Shown here in pieces: positions 39,230-49,110 of a DNA stretch of 64,000 nucleotides; position 1 is the first letter of the stretch, and every line of letters begins with the position of its first letter. Both the position numbers and the translations under genes were made by a program. Origin of the DNA: Anaerolineae bacterium (GTDB lineage Bacteria; Chloroflexota; Anaerolineae; Aggregatilineales; UBA3940). The stretch spans positions 1,603 through 65,602 of the forward strand of contig JBNKDD010000002.1 of assembly GCA_050288085.1 (NCBI GenBank). The letters run 5' to 3'. Below the pieces are notes generated by a model. It searched no databases. It worked only from the letters and a program-made list of their open reading frames with translations, and was not told the DNA's origin.

Positions 39230-41335
39230 ATGAATCCTAAATCACTTGCTATAACAGGCTGCCTGCTGGCCCTGACAGCGTGCAGCAGTGGGTTAAATGT
39301 TGAGAGTGTCCCAACGCCTACTGCCATTGATGTCGAGGCACAGGGAATTGAAGAGGCCGAAGAAGTCACTGCTGAGGAGTTACAGCCAACTCCAGAACAG
39401 GCGATTCCAACCGAGGCGCCCGCATTGGCAATCTGGCCGTTAGATGCCGACCTGTACCTGCTCGATGAAACCGGGCAAATCTGGCGGCAACCTCTGTATG
39501 GCAATGAGGACGTGGCTGCTACCATCGCGCCATCAGAGCAGGTTGTATTGGATTTTGACATTGCACCGGGTGGCGGCTGGGTGCTGTACCGTACTGCCGA
39601 ATTCGTGGGGATCACCTCATTGGATGGACGCAGCGGGCAGGTGATTGCCTTTGAGGAATCCGCATCAATTCCTGATGAAGCCGGACAAACCGTTGCCTGG
39701 GCATCCGATGCCAGTAAGATGGCTTTTGCGACGGCTGCCGGGTTCCAGGTCTATATCCCCGGCAAGGGCGCGGAGTTCGGCCCACTGGTGTTTGATACAC
39801 CAGAAGCCCAGGTTGCCGATTTTGGCTGGTCACATAATTCGGATTGGCTGTTAGTCTGGCGGGCGGATCGCGGTGCGGCCCTCTACGAGATTGGGTTAAA
39901 TGTGTCGTTATATGCAGAATTAGGCCAGATCGCCGGTTACACCTGGTTATCCGATGGGCGGCTGGCTTTTGCCCCGGCAGAAGGCGGGCTGGCCCTGCTT
40001 GATCCGACAGACCTGACCTCACGCGTTTTTATGGTTCCGCAAGATCGGTTGGTGACGCTGCCCGGCGAAAGCCTGAATGGGGCACTGGCCTTCTTCATTC
40101 ACAGTGACGGATATGAGGGACCGGGCTTCCTACATGTTGGAAACCCCCAGGATATGAGCTTTAGCCCGGTGAGTGCGGTCCCTGTGCAGACTGCCAACCT
40201 GCAATGGAATCCTTCCACCACCCGGCTAATCGGACGTGATCCCAACAGCCCATTCACGACGACCGTACTGGTACTCGACCCAGGAACCGGATCGCAAGCC
40301 ACGTTTGAGGCTGCGGTCGGCATCGATTCTGTGGTATGGGGCGACCGTCCACCCGAAAGCGTTTCCGGGGTGAATCTGCCCGTTGACCTGTACTTCCTCG
40401 CGTCGCAGGCCGGGATCATCCAGGTGTGGAGGCTGCCTGCCAGCGGCGACGCGCCACAGGCAATCACCAGCATGTCAGATGATGTGGTTGATTACGACAT
40501 CTCACCGGATGGAACACAGCTTGTTTATACCAGTGGCGGTATTGTCTACCGGGCGGTGATCAACACCAACGATATCACGCAGATTGCCGCATTGGATGAC
40601 GAGGTCATCAACGGCACACCTTCCTTTTCACCGAATGGTCGGCAGATTGCTTATAGCAACAAAGGCATCTGGATTTACGATCTGGATACTCTCGAAGAGC
40701 GCCAGATTGTCGTCAGCAACATACCGGAAAATGACACCGATTTCCGGTTGGTGCAGATTTATCGAGAACCGAAGTGGTCACCGGATGGGCAGTGGTTAGT
40801 AGCAGAGGTTGGTTTCTACGAAGGTTCAGATCATGCCCTGCTTGTGACCAATCCCGAAATCGACGCCGATCCGATTCCGCTTGAGTTGTTCGCAACTAAT
40901 GTCAAATGGCTGCCGAATGGTCGGCTGCTGGCCTACAGCGAAGGCGGTTCGTATTCACAACCGATGCTCAGCCTGGTCATACCAACTGCTCCTAATGAGC
41001 AGCCGGGGATCACCCGGTTGTTGGACGTACCGGTCAAGGATGTACAATCGTTAAGCGATGGCATGCTGGCAATGCTGCGGGTAACCGGGCCGTTCAGCCT
41101 GGGGCCGACTTCGGCGCAAGTCTACACCGCCTTGCCTGACGGAACCGACCTAAAACCGATATCCGGCGCTTTTGTGCTGGAAGATGCCATCCTTGCCCCG
41201 GACGCCAGTGTAGCTGCCGGGGTGCTTCAGGCCCGGATTACCGATTTCAACCTGGCAATCGTCAATCCGACGAGCGGTCAGGCACAGGTCATTGAGGGAA
41301 TCTCGAACCCAAGCAATTTGCAGTGGGGACCATAA
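39230..41335 (+). CDS. Lipoprotein with TolB/PD40-like beta-propeller repeats
   Basis: Lipobox LTAC (Cys18); repeats ISPDG, FSPNG, WSPDG, WLPNG; two propeller-like halves. Confidence 0.82.
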   Translation: MNPKSLAITGCLLALTACSSGLNVESVPTPTAIDVEAQGIEEAEEVTAEELQPTPEQAIPTEAPALAIWPLDADLYLLDETGQIWRQPLYGNEDVAATIAPSEQVVLDFDIAPGGGWVLYRTAEFVGITSLDGRSGQVIAFEESASIPDEAGQTVAWASDASKMAFATAAGFQVYIPGKGAEFGPLVFDTPEAQVADFGWSHNSDWLLVWRADRGAALYEIGLNVSLYAELGQIAGYTWLSDGRLAFAPAEGGLALLDPTDLTSRVFMVPQDRLVTLPGESLNGALAFFIHSDGYEGPGFLHVGNPQDMSFSPVSAVPVQTANLQWNPSTTRLIGRDPNSPFTTTVLVLDPGTGSQATFEAAVGIDSVVWGDRPPESVSGVNLPVDLYFLASQAGIIQVWRLPASGDAPQAITSMSDDVVDYDISPDGTQLVYTSGGIVYRAVINTNDITQIAALDDEVINGTPSFSPNGRQIAYSNKGIWIYDLDTLEERQIVVSNIPENDTDFRLVQIYREPKWSPDGQWLVAEVGFYEGSDHALLVTNPEIDADPIPLELFATNVKWLPNGRLLAYSEGGSYSQPMLSLVIPTAPNEQPGITRLLDVPVKDVQSLSDGMLAMLRVTGPFSLGPTSAQVYTALPDGTDLKPISGAFVLEDAILAPDASVAAGVLQARITDFNLAIVNPTSGQAQVIEGISNPSNLQWGP

Positions 41336-41371
41336 GTCAACCAACTTTTATAACTGTGAGAGGTCGCCAGT

Positions 41372-42667
41372 ATGATCAGTTCAGAAAACCGGATGGTGGT
41401 GCGCGAGAGCACCGTATTTGAAAAAGGTGTTTACTTCCTGCCAGGTGGGATCAGTGTTGAGGCAGATAACGTAACCATTGAGGGCAATGGAGCAACGCTG
41501 ATCGGCCTGGATCGGAAGGGAACCGGGATCGAAATGGAAGGCCGCAAAAACATCACCATCCGAAATCTGAATCTACGAGACTATTATCACGGCATCAATG
41601 CTCATGCCTGCAAGCATTTGATGATCACGGGCTGCACGATCACCTCAACAGCGGAAGTAGTCGCCAATACGATCTTCCTTAACATCTGGCTGCCTCCCCG
41701 CAAAGCCTATGGTGCGGCTATCCTGTTATGGCAGGTAGAAGACAGCCAGGTGATCTATAACAATCTCCAGCACCAGATGAACGGTCTGCTGACCTATCGC
41801 TGCCGGAATCTCTCCGTCCGGCGAAACAACGCCAGTTACAACAGCGGGTTTGGGTTCCACCTGTACGAGACGGTAGACAGCCTGTATGAAGGGAATCATG
41901 CCGATTACTGCTGCCGCTACCAACCCCGTACCGAGGGGCCGGGCCACATGGGAGCCGACTCGACCGGGTTCCTATTGGTCGCCGGAGCCTCGCGAAACGT
42001 CTTCCGGGGGAATTTTGCCCGGATGAGCGGCGACGGTTTCTACCTGTCGGGGTTAGACCCGCGCTACCGGTTCATGCCCTGCGATAATAACGTGTTTGAA
42101 CGGAACGATGCTTCGTATAGCCCGAACATTGGATTTGAAGCCACCTTCAGCAAGGGGAATACCTTCCGAGGAAACAATGCTAATTATTGCACTTACGGCT
42201 TCTGGCTGGGTTTTTCCAATGAGTATGTGTTGGAAGAAAACCGGATGTACTACAATCGGGAAGCAGGCCTTGCGGTGGAAAACGGTTTTGAATTCAAGGT
42301 GCAGGGGAACACCTTCCACCACAACCGGCATGGGATGCTGCTGTGGTCAAAGCGGGTGCCGGAATTCGAGTCGGTCGTCCCGCAGAATAACACCCTCTAC
42401 AACTGGGAAATTGAGGACAACACCTTTACCAGTAATTTCAGGGGTATCCGAATTGTCCCCAACCAGGATCAGGGGGTTAGACCATACCTTCCGCCGGAGG
42501 GTGAGACACCTACACCGCACCGTTTGAATATTCGCAATAATACTTTCCGCGATAACCGGGTCGGGATTATGATCGTCGGGGTAGGTCAAAGCGAATTAAG
42601 AGGCAATGACTTCAAAGACAGTATTGAGGATGACGTACGCCGCAGTTATGACGAGTTGATGCTCTAG
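41372..42667 (+). CDS. Right-handed parallel beta-helix (NosD-like) protein
   Basis: Repeated N-x-(F/A)-x-x-N..G(F/I) Asn-ladder units throughout; no signal peptide. Confidence 0.82.
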   Translation: MISSENRMVVRESTVFEKGVYFLPGGISVEADNVTIEGNGATLIGLDRKGTGIEMEGRKNITIRNLNLRDYYHGINAHACKHLMITGCTITSTAEVVANTIFLNIWLPPRKAYGAAILLWQVEDSQVIYNNLQHQMNGLLTYRCRNLSVRRNNASYNSGFGFHLYETVDSLYEGNHADYCCRYQPRTEGPGHMGADSTGFLLVAGASRNVFRGNFARMSGDGFYLSGLDPRYRFMPCDNNVFERNDASYSPNIGFEATFSKGNTFRGNNANYCTYGFWLGFSNEYVLEENRMYYNREAGLAVENGFEFKVQGNTFHHNRHGMLLWSKRVPEFESVVPQNNTLYNWEIEDNTFTSNFRGIRIVPNQDQGVRPYLPPEGETPTPHRLNIRNNTFRDNRVGIMIVGVGQSELRGNDFKDSIEDDVRRSYDELML

Positions 42668-42674
42668 GGCAGCT

Positions 42675-43322
42675 ATGTCCCAACACAACGGCCCCATTGC
42701 ACTTGACCAGGTTCGTGATGCACTAAGTCTGACCGATTTTGACGTGATGTCTGCCTGGAAACGGATGGTTCCCCAGTCACGACAGATGACCCCTCCAACC
42801 GGTAAAAAGAATACGGTAAAACCCGCGTCTGTTCTGATACTGTTATACCCGCTCAATGGTGAGTTAACCTTCGTCCTGACTCGCCGCTCGGATACGCTGC
42901 CCCATCATACCGGGCAAATCTCACTGCCGGGAGGAGCCAGGGAACCCGGCGAAACAAACCACCAAACCGCCCTGCGTGAGACGGCTGAAGAACTCCAGAT
43001 CAATGTGGATGCGGTCGAGCTGATCGGCCACCTGACACCGATCTATGTTTCGGTCAGCAATTACCAGATTCACCCCTTCGTGGGTTATGTCTCCCGGCCA
43101 CCACAGTTTGAGCCCGACCCGGTCGAAGTGGCCGAAGTGCTGGAAATGCCGCTCTCTATGCTGCTGGATGAAACGATCAAAGTAACGGAAACCTGGACAC
43201 TACATGGAGCAGAGGTCGCAGTGCCATTCTACCGGGTTAATGAGCAGACGGTCTGGGGGGCAACAGCCATAATGCTAAGCGAGCTCGAAGGGCGGCTGCG
43301 AGCAGTTCTTAACGGCGGCTAA
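42675..43322 (+). CDS. CoA pyrophosphatase (NudL-type NUDIX)
   Basis: ASVLILL, LTRRS..HHTGQISLPGG..ALRETAEE, EVAEV, VWGATA. Confidence 0.9.
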   Translation: MSQHNGPIALDQVRDALSLTDFDVMSAWKRMVPQSRQMTPPTGKKNTVKPASVLILLYPLNGELTFVLTRRSDTLPHHTGQISLPGGAREPGETNHQTALRETAEELQINVDAVELIGHLTPIYVSVSNYQIHPFVGYVSRPPQFEPDPVEVAEVLEMPLSMLLDETIKVTETWTLHGAEVAVPFYRVNEQTVWGATAIMLSELEGRLRAVLNGG

Positions 43323-43382
43323 TGCGTCCACCACCAAGCATTATTTGATTATCAGCCAGATTGTCAGTTAATATTCTGGTTT

Positions 43383-44837
43383 ATGTCAGAAAAACCTAAT
43401 CAACTAAACGCAGTACTCCAAACCGGCCAGTTGCTTTTCTTGCTTCTGTTTGTTTTCACCGACCCTCTTACCTTTGATCTGGTTCTATGGTCTATTCAAG
43501 TTCCACTGAATATTCTGCCCGAACATCATGGGATTGTCATCTTTGCGCCGGATATCGCCCTCATGGGATTAGTAGGCATTACCGGCCTGAGATTGGCTGT
43601 CGATTGGACTTATCAGGCCAACATGAAGATTGCCTTACAAAAGTCCAGTTTTCGATGGCTGCTGCTGGCCGGGTGGATGGGCTTCGGTATTTTATACGCC
43701 CAATACCGGCGGCTGGCAGCTTATAACTTATCCCACCTGCTGTTGGGCATCGCCTTGATGGTGATTGTCGCACAGTTGATAGCCAATGAAGACGGCTGGA
43801 AACTGCTGGTGGGATTGGCGCTCGCGGCAGGATTTCATGGGTTCTTTGCCGTTGCCCAATCGATCAAGGGTGGGGCGCTCGGATTATGGTTGTTTGGCGA
43901 AATACAGAATTATTATGTCGGCGTCCCAATTTTTCGGGGGTATGGGCTGGCATCCAATCCAAATAACCTGGGCGGCTTTCTGATAACCGGGCTTTACGGC
44001 GGCCTTTTATTTCTTAACAGGCGGCGGCAGCATGAACTCTGGCTGGTGCTCCTGGTGGCGATGGGAGGATTATTTGCCGGGTTAGGTCTGCTGGCAACCA
44101 TGTCACGATCTGCTATCGGCGCGTTAGTCATCACCCTGGGGATGATAATTGCAGCATTCCCTCCTTTTGCAGCCCGCCACAACCTGCTATCAAATACATC
44201 TGACCAACCCACCGCCGATCAGATAAGCCGATCTTCATCTGTACTGCCACCGACCGTCCCCGCCGGGGTGCAGCGTGCCGGGACAAATACGCTGGTTGCC
44301 GAACTAACATTCTCATTTGTGTTACCGGCATTGATTGTAGCTATTCCCGCACTGCTGGCGCTGACAACAGGCATGATCATTTTTGGACCATCGCTGGCAG
44401 CCCGGTTTACCGAACTCATCGATCCGCAGATCATCTCAGAGCGCATCTTCGGCACTTATTCACACACAATGGCGGTCATCCGGCAGCATCCTTTACTGGG
44501 AGTGGGAGCAAATAACCTGCTGCTTGCCATCAGTAAACTGCCGGTTGAATTCGTAACACGCCCGCTCCCCGTCCATAATGTTTATCTCGCCATGTGGGCG
44601 GAGCTTGGTATCCCCGGCCCGCCGCTGTTTATCCTGGCGGTTGGACAAATTGTGGCACAGATCCGGCGGCGTGACGGTATCCGCTTATTTCTTGCCGGGG
44701 TCGGGGTATTGGCCTGGTGTCTGATCATGCTGATTGATTACTATCCCTGGGGCGATCCGCGCTCGCGGTTGATGTTATTCCTGACAATGGGCTTGTGGTG
44801 GGGATATTGGCTTCAGAACAAACAGCAGCAAGTATAA
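43383..44837 (+). CDS. O-antigen ligase (Wzy_C) family membrane protein
   Basis: NPNNLG, TMSRSA, HPLLGVGANN, VHNVYL..AELG; multi-TM. Confidence 0.82.
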   Translation: MSEKPNQLNAVLQTGQLLFLLLFVFTDPLTFDLVLWSIQVPLNILPEHHGIVIFAPDIALMGLVGITGLRLAVDWTYQANMKIALQKSSFRWLLLAGWMGFGILYAQYRRLAAYNLSHLLLGIALMVIVAQLIANEDGWKLLVGLALAAGFHGFFAVAQSIKGGALGLWLFGEIQNYYVGVPIFRGYGLASNPNNLGGFLITGLYGGLLFLNRRRQHELWLVLLVAMGGLFAGLGLLATMSRSAIGALVITLGMIIAAFPPFAARHNLLSNTSDQPTADQISRSSSVLPPTVPAGVQRAGTNTLVAELTFSFVLPALIVAIPALLALTTGMIIFGPSLAARFTELIDPQIISERIFGTYSHTMAVIRQHPLLGVGANNLLLAISKLPVEFVTRPLPVHNVYLAMWAELGIPGPPLFILAVGQIVAQIRRRDGIRLFLAGVGVLAWCLIMLIDYYPWGDPRSRLMLFLTMGLWWGYWLQNKQQQV

Positions 44838-46375
44838 AATTTGTGCCATTGGTACTTGTATTTGTGGTCAGCCTTGCCCTGTACCACGCAACCCTCTCGC
44901 CTACTATCAATTCATTTGATAGTGCGGAGTTGGTCACAGCCGCTCATTGCCTGGGGATCGTCCATGCAACCGGCTACCCGCTTTACCTGCTGCTGGGCCA
45001 CGCTGCTGCCCTGATCCCCTGGGGAAGCATTCCCCGCAATGTCAACCTGCTGTCGGCGATCTTCGGCTCGTTGGCTTGCTGCTTCACCTATCTGACCTGC
45101 CAACGGTTGAACCTCAAAACCTGGATTTCGGTCAGTGCCGCCTTGTTGCTGGCTGTTTCTGGAACGTTCTGGTTCCATGCGGTGATCGCCGAAGTCTACA
45201 CCCTGACGGGTTTCCTGGTAAGTGTTCTGATCTATGTCTGCCTGATCTGGCTGCAAACAGACAGCCGATACGCGATGTGGGCGACGTTCTTTATATTTGG
45301 CCTGAGCCTCACCAACCACATGAGCAGTGTATTGTTGGGGCCGGGCTTGATGGTGCTGGCGATCCGTTCGTTTGTAAAAGAAAAGAAGGTATGGCCCTGG
45401 TTAGCCGCCGGGTTGTTTACAATCTTGCCGTTAAGCCTATACGCCTATCTCCCGATCCGATACCTGGCTGATCCACCGCTTAACTATGTAGGCCAATACT
45501 TCGACGTTTCCCTGGCAACCCCCGCCGGAGTCATGTGGATGGTCAGCGGTCGGATGTTTGGACGAGAGATGTTCGGCGCGACATTGGCTGATGGGTTTAT
45601 CAACGTTCTGCGGCTGTGTTTCAGGCTGTGGCTGGACTTGCTGGGAGTAGGGGGTATCCTTGCGCTGCTCGGTATCTGGAGACTGTGGAAACGGGAGCAG
45701 TGGTTTAGCCTGTTCGCCCTGTCAGGGATTGTCTGTGTGCTGATTTTCTTTGGTTTTTACGATGTGGTCGATACAGAAACCATGACTGTTCCGGCGCTGG
45801 TATTCCTGATGCCCTTTGTCGGGGTGGGCTGGTCAACCATTCATGATGCGATACAGAAATATGGGAACGGGCTGACTCCGGCGGTCAAGCAGTATGCGGT
45901 TCCCACGTCTGGGATTTTATTGGTGCTGATCGGCGGGATCGTGAACTGGCCGTATGCCGACCATCACACGGATTATTCAAGCGCCGTCTACGCCAACAGC
46001 TTGCTGGATACTGTTGAACCCGATGCCCTGATTCTAACGCAGTGGACATCGGCCACACCGCTGCTGTACATGCAGATAGTCGAAGAACAGCGGCCCGATG
46101 TAGAAATCCTGGACCGGGGATTCTATATGCTGGGGCTGCGTGACCGGTTGATACGCGCCGGACAGGGTGATTCCTTTCGCGAGGTTGGCCGTCGCGAGAT
46201 GGCTCAGATCATACGGGAAGCCCTGGTAGAAAGGCCGGTCTACCTGACCGAATATGACGAAAGATTGGGCGAGACATTTTGCCTGATCCCTCTACCCCTG
46301 CCTGAAGCCCCTGATACCTATCAAGTCTTTGGGGCACCCCCGGCTGGTCAGATATGCACCTCACCACCTGAATAG
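44795..46375 (+). CDS. DUF2723/TMEM260-like GT-C glycosyltransferase (start uncertain)
   Basis: DSAELVTAA..LGIVHATGYPLY, AEVYTL, LTNH, YAYLPIR; multi-TM. Confidence 0.82.
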   Translation: MVGILASEQTAASIKFVPLVLVFVVSLALYHATLSPTINSFDSAELVTAAHCLGIVHATGYPLYLLLGHAAALIPWGSIPRNVNLLSAIFGSLACCFTYLTCQRLNLKTWISVSAALLLAVSGTFWFHAVIAEVYTLTGFLVSVLIYVCLIWLQTDSRYAMWATFFIFGLSLTNHMSSVLLGPGLMVLAIRSFVKEKKVWPWLAAGLFTILPLSLYAYLPIRYLADPPLNYVGQYFDVSLATPAGVMWMVSGRMFGREMFGATLADGFINVLRLCFRLWLDLLGVGGILALLGIWRLWKREQWFSLFALSGIVCVLIFFGFYDVVDTETMTVPALVFLMPFVGVGWSTIHDAIQKYGNGLTPAVKQYAVPTSGILLVLIGGIVNWPYADHHTDYSSAVYANSLLDTVEPDALILTQWTSATPLLYMQIVEEQRPDVEILDRGFYMLGLRDRLIRAGQGDSFREVGRREMAQIIREALVERPVYLTEYDERLGETFCLIPLPLPEAPDTYQVFGAPPAGQICTSPPE

Positions 46376-46483
46376 CAAAACAGAACACAGATCATTGCCG
46401 CAAAGTGAGGGTTGTGATATGGTGGATTTGCCGGGAGAGATGTATGATCAGCACCCTACTTGATACGAGGGCAGGAGATCACT

Positions 46484-47374
46484 ATGACCAACAAATCATC
46501 ACGTATCGCACTGGTAACCGATAGTACGGCTGACCTTCCGTCCGCGCTACGGGATCGGTTTAATATTCATATCATCCCCCAGTTGATTACCTGGGGTGAG
46601 GAAACATTTATCGACGGGGTTAACCTGAGCACCGAGGAGTTCTACCAACGACTGCGCACCGACTCAGTCTATCCCCAAACAGCGCAACCGTCAGCGCAGG
46701 GAGTCGTCGAATTATTTGATAAGCTGGCAGTCGATCACGATGTCATCATCGCGCCGGTTGTTTCATCCGATGTGAGCGGTACGGTCAACGCAATCAACAC
46801 GGCTTTAAAGCTCAAAGACCCCGGTATCCCCGTTCACCTGATCGATACGCGCTGCATCTCATTGGGCCTGGCCTATATTGTCTTACGGGCAGCGGAAGTC
46901 CGTGAACAGGGCGGCGATGTAGAAGCGATATTGGACGCCGTCAAAGACATGATGGGGCGAATGCAGATCGTGTTCACAGTTGACAATCTGGACGCCCTGC
47001 ATCGCGGTGGACGAATCGGTGGGGCTACCAAGCTGCTGGGAACAGCCCTTCAGATCAAGCCAACCCTGACCTGGGAAGAGGGGCATGTCGAGCCGTTGGG
47101 CCGGGTACGCACGCGGAAAAAGGCGCTGCTCGGCCTGGAGCAAGAAGTACAAAACCGGCTGGATAGCAGCCAACCTATCGTTATCGGGGTGGCCCATGCA
47201 GACTGCCCGGACGAGGCCCAACTTGTTGCCGATTGGTTTCAGGAAGCGCTGTCGCCACGTATGCTGTTGGTATCGCCGGTTACGCCATCTATTGGCGTTC
47301 ATGCAGGGACAGGCGTCATCGCCGTTTCTTTTGGGAATATCAGCGACGACGCATTAACCATACCGATTAGCTAA
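46484..47374 (+). CDS. DegV family fatty-acid-binding protein
   Basis: VTDSTADLP, PQTAQPS, SGT, GGRIG, IKP, IGVHAG. Confidence 0.92.
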   Translation: MTNKSSRIALVTDSTADLPSALRDRFNIHIIPQLITWGEETFIDGVNLSTEEFYQRLRTDSVYPQTAQPSAQGVVELFDKLAVDHDVIIAPVVSSDVSGTVNAINTALKLKDPGIPVHLIDTRCISLGLAYIVLRAAEVREQGGDVEAILDAVKDMMGRMQIVFTVDNLDALHRGGRIGGATKLLGTALQIKPTLTWEEGHVEPLGRVRTRKKALLGLEQEVQNRLDSSQPIVIGVAHADCPDEAQLVADWFQEALSPRMLLVSPVTPSIGVHAGTGVIAVSFGNISDDALTIPIS

Positions 47375-48155
47375 ATACCTTTTCCATCATCCCTGTAATG
47401 GCCTGATAGACTGGCGACGAGTCGCCTAATTCGACCAGTGGACGCCCACTAAATTCGAACTCAAGCAGTTCATTATCACTGGGTATTGTTCCTAAAAAGT
47501 TCACGTCCATCTGGTCGATGCGTGCCTTGAGTGGGGCAGGCATCTCACCGGAAAGCCGGTTTAAAATCAGGTAGGCGTTTTCGACCCGAATATCCAACTC
47601 ATGTCGCAGTGAGGCGATCCGCTCGGCGGCAACCAATCCACGCTGAGTCGGGTCACTGACAATCAACAGGTGTTGGACATCACGGGTTGTCCGGCGGCTG
47701 AGATGTTCCATCCCGGCTTCATTGTCGATGATCACATAGCGGTAATTTTTGCTGATCTGGTCGATCACTTCCCGCAGGTTATGGTTCACTGCACAGTAGC
47801 AGCCGGGGCCTTCTGACCGGCCCATCGCAATCAGGTCGAACCGGTCGCCCTCGGCCAATGATGAGCGGATTTCGTAATCCAGGTAATCGCGCTTTGACAC
47901 CCCACCGTTGAGAGTCCCCATTGCTGCACCACCGGTCGTCAGCGATTGTTGAACCTGGGTCAGCAAATCCTCGCGGATGTCACCAACCGTCCATTCCAGG
48001 TCAAGGCCGAGCACCATGTTCAGGTTGCTGCTCGGATCGGCATCAATCGCCAGGATCGCACCGGATTGATTCTCCATCAAATATTTGACCACCATACCGG
48101 CAACCGTTGTCTTTCCAACCCCACCCTTACCGGCCAGTGCAATTGTTGTTGTCAT
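47367..48155 (-). CDS. acsF: Nickel-insertion ATPase AcsF/CooC2 for ACS
   Basis: GKGGVGKTT, IDADP, GPGCYC, DNEAGMEHLSRRTT. Confidence 0.85.
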   Translation of the reverse strand: MTTTIALAGKGGVGKTTVAGMVVKYLMENQSGAILAIDADPSSNLNMVLGLDLEWTVGDIREDLLTQVQQSLTTGGAAMGTLNGGVSKRDYLDYEIRSSLAEGDRFDLIAMGRSEGPGCYCAVNHNLREVIDQISKNYRYVIIDNEAGMEHLSRRTTRDVQHLLIVSDPTQRGLVAAERIASLRHELDIRVENAYLILNRLSGEMPAPLKARIDQMDVNFLGTIPSDNELLEFEFSGRPLVELGDSSPVYQAITGMMEKVFS

Positions 48156-48201
48156 ACTTCACTCCTGCCATCATTATGTGAAATAAAATCACCTGTAGGT
48201 T

Positions 48202-48990
48202 CTATGTTTCTTTTGTGGGCAGCTGCTTGACCAGAGTCTCGGCCATCTCTTCAGCCGCATCCCGCAAAGCCGGAACATGATCGTACACCGGAATGCCGAG
48301 ACGGTCGGCTTCCTGCACTTTCAAATCAGCGGGAAGGAAACCCAGCACCGGAATGCCGGGGGTTTCCGCTTTGAGGAACTCGGACTCCTCGTCGTTGCGC
48401 ACTTTGTTACCCACCAGCCACAGGCGGTCTAAGCCTATATCGCTCGCCAGTTGTTTGATCTGGGCTGCTGTGCCCAGGCTGCGGCGGGTTGGCTCGACAA
48501 CGATGATCATGGCATCTACAAAGTCAACGGTTGCCCTGCCTAAATGCTCAACTCCGGCATACATATCCAGGATCAATACATCATCCTTGCGGAAAAGCAG
48601 GTGGGTGAACAGCGTCTTGAGCATGGCGCTCTCAGGGCAAATACAACCCGATCCACCCAGGTCAACCGATCCCATTTCCAACAGGCGAACACCACGATGT
48701 ACCACACTAAACCGCTCCGGGATATCATCAACACGGGGGTTAAGCGTAAAAAAGCCGCCAACCGTGCCGGGTTTTGCGCCGGTGCGTTCCTCGATCAGAG
48801 CATCCATTTCCGCGATGGGTTTTAACTGTGCCTGTACATCATCCGGGAAGCCCAACGCCCCGGCCAGGCAGGGCGATGGATCGGCATCGGCGGCCAGCAC
48901 CTCGCGGCCCGCATCGGCATAAGCCTGGGCCAACAATGCTGCCAACGTTGTCTTGCCAACGCCACCTTTTCCGCTAATCGCGAGTTTCAT
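48202..48990 (-). CDS. cooC: CODH nickel-insertion ATPase CooC
   Basis: SGKGGVGKTT, FTLNPRVDDIPE, GSGCICPE, AGVEHLGRAT. Confidence 0.9.
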   Translation of the reverse strand: MKLAISGKGGVGKTTLAALLAQAYADAGREVLAADADPSPCLAGALGFPDDVQAQLKPIAEMDALIEERTGAKPGTVGGFFTLNPRVDDIPERFSVVHRGVRLLEMGSVDLGGSGCICPESAMLKTLFTHLLFRKDDVLILDMYAGVEHLGRATVDFVDAMIIVVEPTRRSLGTAAQIKQLASDIGLDRLWLVGNKVRNDEESEFLKAETPGIPVLGFLPADLKVQEADRLGIPVYDHVPALRDAAEEMAETLVKQLPTKET

Positions 48991-49007
48991 TTAAACACTC
49001 TCCCCCG

Positions 49008-49059
49008 AAAAAATAGCGAACTGACCAGAAGATACACCTGATCAGCTCGCCTTATTTTT
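49008..49059 (-). terminator. Intrinsic terminator-like hairpin between metVF and cooC
   Basis: Minus strand GCGAGCTGATCAG..CTGGTCAGTTCGC followed by TATTTTTT. Confidence 0.6.
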
Positions 49060-49110
49060 GATTATATCGCCGTTGATTCTGGAAACAAGTAAGTTGTTTC
49101 CATTTAACGT

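Noticed and set aside
48176-48196. TGTGA..TCAC CRP/CooA/Rex-like site between cooC and acsF
   Set aside because: The spacer is 7 nt rather than 6, and it lies in a short intra-operon gap.
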